In this document: piece after piece, positions 26,399-32,000 of the stretch
How the letters are laid out: the number at the start of each line of letters is the position of its first letter
Position numbering within the stretch: position 1 is the stretch's first letter
Assembly (NCBI RefSeq): GCF_000039765.1
Contig: NC_004459.3
Location: 1,650,001-1,682,000 of the forward strand
DNA: 32,000 nt
From: Vibrio vulnificus CMCP6
Lineage (GTDB): Bacteria > Pseudomonadota > Gammaproteobacteria > Enterobacterales > Vibrionaceae
Direction: 5' to 3'
Made by a program: the position numbers and the translations under genes
Notes under the pieces: generated by a model
What the model was told of the DNA's origin: nothing
Seen by the model: only the letters and a program-made list of their open reading frames with translations
Database searches by the model: none

Positions 26399-26427
26399 TT
26401 GTCATGAATGACACCTTTCGTTAGTAT
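26399..26427 (+). promoter_or_regulatory. Candidate sigma70 promoter of secG-tRNA-Leu
   Basis: TTGTCA (26399-26404), a 17-nt spacer, then TAGTAT (26422-26427). A T-rich UP-like tract lies upstream. It is 100 nt upstream of the secG ATG. Confidence 0.6.
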
Positions 26428-26527
26428 TGCTCGGCCTTCAGTTAGGAGGATGCTAGCCTTGTTCTTGCTTGCGTAACGCAAGTCAGAGAATGGCGCTGGC
26501 TCAACAATTTGGAACATAGGTGGAAAA

Positions 26528-26860
26528 ATGTTTAGCGTTCTACTTGTGATTTACCTGTTGGCAGCGCTTGGTGTAATTGGCCTTGTGTTGATTCAGCAAG
26601 GTAAAGGCGCAGATATGGGAGCCTCGTTCGGTGCGGGCGCATCAAACACTGTTTTTGGTGCCAGCGGCTCAGGTAATTTCCTTACCCGAACAACTGCTAT
26701 TTTAGCAACAGTATTTTTTATCGTGAGCTTAACGCTTGGTCGCATGTCGACTCATAAAGCAGAGTCTCAATGGGTTGACCCAACACAAGGTCAAGTTGTT
26801 GAACAAGTTCAAGATAACGTGAGTGAAGCTCCTGCTAAGTCAGATGAGATTCCTCAATAA
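26528..26860 (+). CDS. secG: Preprotein translocase subunit SecG
   Basis: 110 aa. [44 protein letters not shown] is near-identical in pattern to E. coli SecG. Confidence 0.93.
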   Translation: MFSVLLVIYLLAALGVIGLVLIQQGKGADMGASFGAGASNTVFGASGSGNFLTRTTAILATVFFIVSLTLGRMSTHKAESQWVDPTQGQVVEQVQDNVSEAPAKSDEIPQ

Positions 26861-26877
26861 GCGAAAGCTTTAAAATT

Positions 26878-26961
26878 GCCGAGATGGTGAAATTGGTAGA
26901 CACACTAGCATGAGGTGCTAGCGCCTATGGTGTGAGGGTTCGAGTCCCTCTCTCGGCACCA
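26878..26961 (+). tRNA. leuU: tRNA-Leu (anticodon GAG)
   Basis: The acceptor stem GCCGAGA pairs with TCTCGGC, followed by ACCA. The anticodon stem CTAGC/GCTAG carries the loop ATGAGGT. It has a long variable arm and the T-arm GGGTTCGAGTCCC. Located downstream of secG as in E. coli. Confidence 0.9.
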
Positions 26962-26975
26962 TTGATTTTACAAAC

Positions 26976-27003
26976 TTGTAAATAACTGTGTTGAGCGTAT
27001 AAT
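26976..27003 (+). promoter_or_regulatory. Candidate sigma70 promoter of the tRNA-fMet-rimP-nusA-infB operon
   Basis: TTGTAA (26976-26981), a 16-nt spacer, then TATAAT (26998-27003). It ends 15 nt before the tRNA 5' end. Confidence 0.55.
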
Positions 27004-27018
27004 GCTCAGCTAGTCGGA

Positions 27019-27095
<77 letters not shown>

Positions 27096-27181
27096 ATTTT
27101 CGATTGGATGCAAGTTTGGTAGTGCTAACCACACTACAAGTTAAGCAACATCGGTTGTTTAACGTATCAGGGTCCAGCAAC

Positions 27182-27209
27182 AAAAAACCCCGACTAATCG
27201 GGGTTTTTT
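27182..27209 (+). terminator. Leader terminator t1 between tRNA-fMet and rimP
   Basis: A6-CCCCGA-ctaa-TCGGGG-T6. Confidence 0.8.
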
Positions 27210-27211
27210 GT

Positions 27212-27249
27212 TATCTGTACTTCTCGCTGGTGCGAGTTTTGTACAGATA
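27212..27249 (+). other. Long composite hairpin in the rimP-nusA-infB leader (candidate RNase III or regulatory stem)
   Basis: TATCTGTAC...GTACAGATA (9 bp) encloses CTCGC-tggt-GCGAG. E. coli has RNase III processing sites in the equivalent leader. Confidence 0.45.
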
Positions 27250-27267
27250 GTGCTTGGTTTTTATATT

Positions 27268-27287
27268 GGGCTCTGAGCCCTTTTTTT
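27268..27287 (+). terminator. Leader terminator t2 immediately upstream of rimP
   Basis: GGGCT-ctg-AGCCC followed by T7. It ends 18 nt before the rimP ATG. Confidence 0.6.
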
Positions 27288-27305
27288 ATTTCTGGAGTGG
27301 TTTGA

Positions 27306-27761
27306 ATGACTGGTTTAGAAAGACAACTGACAGAGATGCTTGAATCGGCAGTCGTTGCATCTGGTTATGAGTTAGTTGGATTAGAATTTATTCGTGCGGG
27401 TGAACACTCGACATTGCGTATTTACATCGATCATGAAAATGGCATTACCGTTGAAGACTGTGCAGAAGTAAGTCATCAAGTAAGTGCTGTGCTTGATGTT
27501 GAAGATCCAATTTCAGTGGCGTATAGCCTAGAAGTTTCTTCACCAGGTTTGGACAGACCACTTTTTAAACCTGCACATTATGAGCAGTTTATTGGTCAAG
27601 AAGTCAACGTTGTATTGAAAATGGCTGTAGCCAACCGTCGTAAATGGAAAGGTGAAATCCATTCTGTTGATGGTGAGGCCATTACACTGACGGTTGATGG
27701 TCAGCAAGAAGAATTCGCTTTGAGCAACATTTCCAAAGCTAACCTTATCCCTAAATTTTAG
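27306..27761 (+). CDS. rimP: Ribosome maturation factor RimP
   Basis: 151 aa. LE..L..MLE.AV...[13 protein letters not shown]...[32 protein letters not shown]...[13 protein letters not shown] is typical of RimP (P15a). GGAG SD. Confidence 0.92.
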   Translation: MTGLERQLTEMLESAVVASGYELVGLEFIRAGEHSTLRIYIDHENGITVEDCAEVSHQVSAVLDVEDPISVAYSLEVSSPGLDRPLFKPAHYEQFIGQEVNVVLKMAVANRRKWKGEIHSVDGEAITLTVDGQQEEFALSNISKANLIPKF

Positions 27762-27796
27762 TTCCTGAACAAGTTTTCAGATTAGAGGCTAATTAA

Positions 27797-29284
27797 ATGA
27801 GTAAAGAAATTTTAGCGGTAGCAGAAGCGGTATCGAACGAGAAAGCGGTACCTCGTGAGCGTATCTTTGAAGCTTTGGAGATTGCTTTAGCGACTTCGAC
27901 TAAGAAAAAATACGAAATCGAAATCGATGTGCGTGTTGCTATCGACCGCAAAACAGGCGAATTCGTCACATTCCGTCGTTGGTTGGTGGTTGATGAAGTA
28001 GAAAACCCAACGAAAGAAATTTCGTTCGAAGCTGCTAACTACGACGATGAATCTGTTCAGCTTGGTGATTTCATTGAAGAAGAGATCGAGTCAGTAACGT
28101 TTGACCGTATCACTACTCAAACAGCAAAACAGGTTATTGTACAAAAAGTTCGCGAAGCAGAGCGTGCACAAATCGTTGAGCAGTTTATTGATAACGAAGG
28201 TGACCTAGTTACTGGTGTTGTGAAAAAAGTAAACCGTGAAACAGTTGTTCTTGATCTAGGTAACAACGCGGAAGCGGTCATTCTGCGCGATGACCAACTA
28301 CCTCGTGAAAACTTCCGTCCGGGTGACCGTGTACGTGGTCTTCTATATAAAGTTGCACCAGAAGCACGTGGCTTCCAATTGTTCATCACACGTTCGAAGC
28401 CTGAAATGCTTGCTGAACTATTCCGCGTTGAAGTTCCTGAAATCGCTGAAGAAATCATTGAGCTTAAAGGCGCTGCACGTGATCCAGGTTCTCGTGCCAA
28501 AATCGCAGTGAAAACCAATGACAGACGTATTGATCCTGTTGGTGCGTGTGTAGGCATGCGTGGTGCACGTGTTCAAGCGGTGTCTGGTGAGCTTGGTGGC
28601 GAGCGTATTGACATTGTGCTTTGGGACGATAACCCAGCTCAGTTCGTTATCAACGCGATGGCGCCAGCGGATGTTGCATCCATCATCGTTGATGAAGATG
28701 CCCACTCAATGGATATTGCTGTTGAAGCGGGTAACTTGGCGCAAGCTATCGGCCGTAATGGTCAGAACGTACGTCTAGCGTCTCAACTAACGGGTTGGGA
28801 ACTGAACGTAATGACGGTTGAAGATCTGCAGAAGAAACATGCAGAAGAGTCTCAAGCGTCAATCGACAACTTTATGAAATATCTAGATATCGAAGAAGAC
28901 TTCGCTCAGCTGCTTGTTGAAGAAGGTTTCTCAACACTAGAAGAAGTCGCATACGTACCAGTAAACGAGCTATTAGAAGTTGAAGGTCTGGATGAAGATC
29001 TTATCGAAGAGCTACGTAGCCGTGCGAAAGATGCACTAACCACGATCGCATTAGCTCGTGAAGAGTCATTCGAGGGTGTTGAGCCAGCAGAAGATCTACT
29101 AAATCTAGAAGGTCTTGAGCGTGAAATGGCATTCAAATTGGCTGCGAAAGGTGTTGCATCACTAGAAGATCTAGCAGACCAAGGCATCGATGATTTAGAA
29201 GGTATCGACGGTCTAACAGAAGAGCGTGCAGGTCAGTTGATCATGGCAGCACGTAATATCTGTTGGTTCGGAGAAGAAGCATAA
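27797..29284 (+). CDS. nusA: Transcription termination/antitermination factor NusA
   Basis: 495 aa. [28 protein letters not shown]..., S1 and KH domains ([26 protein letters not shown]), and two C-terminal acidic repeat domains. Confidence 0.95.
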   Translation: MSKEILAVAEAVSNEKAVPRERIFEALEIALATSTKKKYEIEIDVRVAIDRKTGEFVTFRRWLVVDEVENPTKEISFEAANYDDESVQLGDFIEEEIESVTFDRITTQTAKQVIVQKVREAERAQIVEQFIDNEGDLVTGVVKKVNRETVVLDLGNNAEAVILRDDQLPRENFRPGDRVRGLLYKVAPEARGFQLFITRSKPEMLAELFRVEVPEIAEEIIELKGAARDPGSRAKIAVKTNDRRIDPVGACVGMRGARVQAVSGELGGERIDIVLWDDNPAQFVINAMAPADVASIIVDEDAHSMDIAVEAGNLAQAIGRNGQNVRLASQLTGWELNVMTVEDLQKKHAEESQASIDNFMKYLDIEEDFAQLLVEEGFSTLEEVAYVPVNELLEVEGLDEDLIEELRSRAKDALTTIALAREESFEGVEPAEDLLNLEGLEREMAFKLAAKGVASLEDLADQGIDDLEGIDGLTEERAGQLIMAARNICWFGEEA

Positions 29285-29308
29285 TATTCAGCAAGGGGAG
29301 GAAGCGGC

Positions 29309-32000
29309 ATGACACAACTTACAGTTAAAGCACTGAGTGAAGAAATTGGTACGCCAGTTGACCGCTTATTAGAGCAACTTGCTGATGCTGGCATGAAAAA
29401 ATCGAGTTCAGATCAAGTTTCAGATGAAGAGAAGCAAAAACTGCTGACGCATCTGAAAAAAGAGCACGGCGACACCTCTGGTGACGCCGAACCAACTCGT
29501 TTGACTCTACAGCGTAAAACACGCAGCACGCTAAGTGTTAATGCTGGCGGTGGTAAGAGTAAAGATGTTCAGATTGAAGTGCGCAAAAAGCGTACCTACG
29601 TAAAACGTAGTGCAATCGAAGACGAAGCAAAACGCGAAGCTGAAGAAGCGGCGCAACGTGAAGCTGAAGAAGCAGCAAAACGTGCAGCCGAAGAAGCGGC
29701 GAAACGTGAAGCTGAAGAAGCAGCGAAACGTGAAGCTGAAGAAAAAGCGAAACGTGAAGCTGAAGAAGCCGCAAAACGTGAAGCTGAGAAGTCGGTTGAT
29801 CGTGATGCAGAAGAGAAAGCGAAACGTGATGCTGAAGGTAAAGCAAAACGTGACGCTGAAGAAAAAGTTAAGCAAGAAGCAGCGCGAAAAGAGGCCGAAG
29901 AGCTAAAACGTCGTCAGGAAGAAGAAGCTAAGCGTAAGGCTGAAGAGGAAAGTCAGCGCAAGCTTGAAGAAGCTCGCGAGATGGCTGAAAAGAATAAAGA
30001 GCGTTGGTCTGCTGCAGAAGAGAATAAGGGTGATATGGAAGATACAGATTACCATGTAACGACTTCACAATATGCACGTGAAGCCGAAGATGAAGCAGAT
30101 CGTAAAGAAGAAGAAGCTCGTCGCCGTAAGAAGAAGACCAAATCTTCTGCTAAAGCGAGCGAAAATGACGAACGTGGCGGTCCACGTGTACAACGTGGTG
30201 GAAAGGGTGGCCGTAAAGGCAAACTTTCTAAGCCTAAGTCAATGCAACACGGTTTTGATAAGAGCGCAGTTGTTGCGAAATCAGACGTTGTGATTGGTGA
30301 GACGATCGTTGTTTCTGAACTTGCGAACAAAATGTCGGTTAAAGCGACCGAAGTTATCAAGATCATGATGAAGATGGGCGCTATGGCAACCATCAACCAA
30401 GTTATTGACCAAGAAACAGCGCAGCTTGTTGCTGAGGAAATGGGTCACAAAGTTGTTCTACGCAAAGAAAACGAGCTTGAAGAAGCGGTACTTTCTGATC
30501 GTGACAACATGTTTGAAGCGGTACCTCGTGCTCCTGTCGTAACCATCATGGGCCACGTAGACCACGGTAAAACGTCAACGCTTGACTACATTCGTCGTAC
30601 TCACGTTGCCTCTGGTGAAGCGGGCGGTATTACGCAGCACATCGGTGCATACCACGTTGAAACTGAGAACGGCATGATCACCTTCCTGGATACTCCTGGA
30701 CACGCGGCGTTTACCGCAATGCGTGCTCGTGGTGCTCAAGCGACGGATATCGTTGTTCTTGTTGTTGCGGCAGACGATGGTGTAATGCCACAAACTGTAG
30801 AAGCAATTCAGCACGCGAAAGCGGCTGGTGTTCCACTGATTGTTGCAGTGAACAAGATCGATAAAGAAGAAGCAAACCCAGACAACGTTAAGAACGAGCT
30901 ATCTCAGTACAACGTAATGCCTGAAGAGTGGGGCGGTGAGAACATGTTTGTTCACATCTCTGCGAAACAAGGTACTAACATTGATCAACTACTTGAGACA
31001 ATCCTTCTTCAAGCTGAAGTTCTAGAACTAACAGCAGTGAAAGACGGTATGGCTTCTGGTGTGGTTGTTGAATCTCGCCTTGATAAAGGTCGTGGTCCGG
31101 TTGCAACTGTACTTGTTCAATCTGGTACGCTACGCAAAGGTGATATCGTTCTATGTGGCCAAGAGTATGGCCGTGTACGTGCGATGCGTGACGAAATCGG
31201 TAACGAAGTTAACGAAGCTGGCCCATCAATCCCTGTAGAGATCCTAGGTCTTTCTGGCGTTCCAGCTGCGGGTGATGAAGCGACTGTTGTTCGTGATGAG
31301 CGTAAAGCACGTGAAGTAGCTAACTACCGTGCAGGTAAGTTCCGCGAAGTGAAACTGGCTCGTCAGCAGAAGTCTAAACTAGAGAACATGTTCTCTAACA
31401 TGGCGGCTGGTGATGTTGCAGAACTTAACATCGTACTGAAAGCTGACGTACAAGGCTCTGTTGAAGCTATCGCAGACTCACTAACAAAACTTTCAACTGA
31501 AGAAGTGAAAGTGAACATTGTGGGCTCTGGTGTTGGTGGTATCACAGAAACTGACGCAGTACTTGCTGAAGCGTCTAACGCAATCATCCTGGGCTTTAAC
31601 GTTCGTGCTGATGCCTCTGCGCGTCGAGCTATCGAAGCGGCAAGCATTGATCTACGTTACTACTCAATCATTTACCAATTGATCGACGAAGTGAAACAAG
31701 CGATGAGCGGTATGCTTGCGCCTGAATTCAAACAAGAGATCATTGGTCTTGCTGAAGTTCGTGACGTGTTTAAGTCACCTAAGCTGGGCGCAATCGCAGG
31801 CTGTATGGTTACTGAAGGTCTGATCAAGCGTAACGCACCTATCCGTGTACTTCGTGATAACGTTGTAATCTACGAAGGTGAGCTTGAGTCACTACGTCGC
31901 TTTAAAGACGACGTTGCAGAAGTTAAGAATGGCTACGAGTGTGGTATCGGCGTTAAGAACTACAATGATGTTCGCGTTGGTGACCAAATCGAAGTATTCG
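29309..32000 (+). CDS. infB: Translation initiation factor IF-2. About 897 codons are present; the last ~10 codons lie beyond the right edge.
   Basis: Not in the ORF track because it is open at the edge. ATG 29309 with a GGGGAGGA SD. My translation gives [28 protein letters not shown]... The G domain has [13 protein letters not shown] and NKID. It reads without a stop to 32000. Confidence 0.93.
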   Translation, partial: MTQLTVKALSEEIGTPVDRLLEQLADAGMKKSSSDQVSDEEKQKLLTHLKKEHGDTSGDAEPTRLTLQRKTRSTLSVNAGGGKSKDVQIEVRKKRTYVKRSAIEDEAKREAEEAAQREAEEAAKRAAEEAAKREAEEAAKREAEEKAKREAEEAAKREAEKSVDRDAEEKAKRDAEGKAKRDAEEKVKQEAARKEAEELKRRQEEEAKRKAEEESQRKLEEAREMAEKNKERWSAAEENKGDMEDTDYHVTTSQYAREAEDEADRKEEEARRRKKKTKSSAKASENDERGGPRVQRGGKGGRKGKLSKPKSMQHGFDKSAVVAKSDVVIGETIVVSELANKMSVKATEVIKIMMKMGAMATINQVIDQETAQLVAEEMGHKVVLRKENELEEAVLSDRDNMFEAVPRAPVVTIMGHVDHGKTSTLDYIRRTHVASGEAGGITQHIGAYHVETENGMITFLDTPGHAAFTAMRARGAQATDIVVLVVAADDGVMPQTVEAIQHAKAAGVPLIVAVNKIDKEEANPDNVKNELSQYNVMPEEWGGENMFVHISAKQGTNIDQLLETILLQAEVLELTAVKDGMASGVVVESRLDKGRGPVATVLVQSGTLRKGDIVLCGQEYGRVRAMRDEIGNEVNEAGPSIPVEILGLSGVPAAGDEATVVRDERKAREVANYRAGKFREVKLARQQKSKLENMFSNMAAGDVAELNIVLKADVQGSVEAIADSLTKLSTEEVKVNIVGSGVGGITETDAVLAEASNAIILGFNVRADASARRAIEAASIDLRYYSIIYQLIDEVKQAMSGMLAPEFKQEIIGLAEVRDVFKSPKLGAIAGCMVTEGLIKRNAPIRVLRDNVVIYEGELESLRRFKDDVAEVKNGYECGIGVKNYNDVRVGDQIEVF
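29627..29794 (+). repeat. In-frame 24-bp tandem repeat (7 copies) inside infB encoding (A-K/Q-R-E/A-A-E-E-A)n, followed by degenerate copies to about 29880
   Basis: Read directly: GCAAAACGTGAAGCTGAAGAAGCG-like units that keep the infB frame. The repeat also explains the three artefactual ORFs at 29531-29906 in the track. Confidence 0.85.

Noticed and set aside
29531-29906. Three ORFs (114, 102 and 98 aa) on both strands within infB
   Set aside because: These are low-complexity products (F/C/S-rich or K/R-rich) generated by the 24-bp tandem repeat in the infB coding frame. infB itself is the real gene.

Overview
This is a core chromosomal segment of a Vibrio. From memory (no search was possible), gene order and protein sequences match V. 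cholerae-clade chromosome 1 from the chb chitobiose operon and chiS through to infB, roughly VC0620-VC0643. I call 23 solid protein genes, one candidate 38-aa small gene, two tRNAs and many intrinsic terminators.

Gene order, left to right:
- cbp (5' part, minus strand, open at the left edge and so missing from the ORF track)
- a 940-bp non-coding chb control region
- chiS, rsmC and an AI-2E-family transporter
- the candidate small ORF
- hemL, erpA and vexEF (RND efflux pair)
- an M23 MepM-like endopeptidase, a 395-aa TyrRS, ybaN and dacB
- ompU, which interrupts the E. coli-like dacB-greA synteny
- greA, yhbY, rlmE-ftsH-folP-glmM, secG and tRNA-Leu(GAG)
- tRNA-fMet-rimP-nusA-infB (infB is open at the right edge and also missing from the ORF track)

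I corrected several ORF-track starts: hemL, erpA, greA and ftsH.

I found no CRISPR array, transposase, integrase, prophage or defence-island signature. I found no convincing undescribed multi-gene system, and this is mostly housekeeping DNA.

The most unusual content is:
1. The ChiS hybrid kinase, with a long post-receiver extension and no partner regulator, plus the large structured chb control region. That region holds paired 11-bp near-palindromes, and half of it is unexplained.
2. A complete-looking unannotated mini-gene (-10 box, SD, 38-aa Cys-rich tail-anchored ORF, terminator).
3. Paired TGAGA/TCTCA inverted repeats and phased T-tracts in the ompU-greA intergenic region.
4. A GraL-like leader terminator before greA.
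5. Terminators placed directly before SD-less start codons (rsmC, folP).
6. A 24-bp tandem repeat inside infB.

All identifications rest on my own reading, motif recognition and remembered homologs, and none is database-verified.
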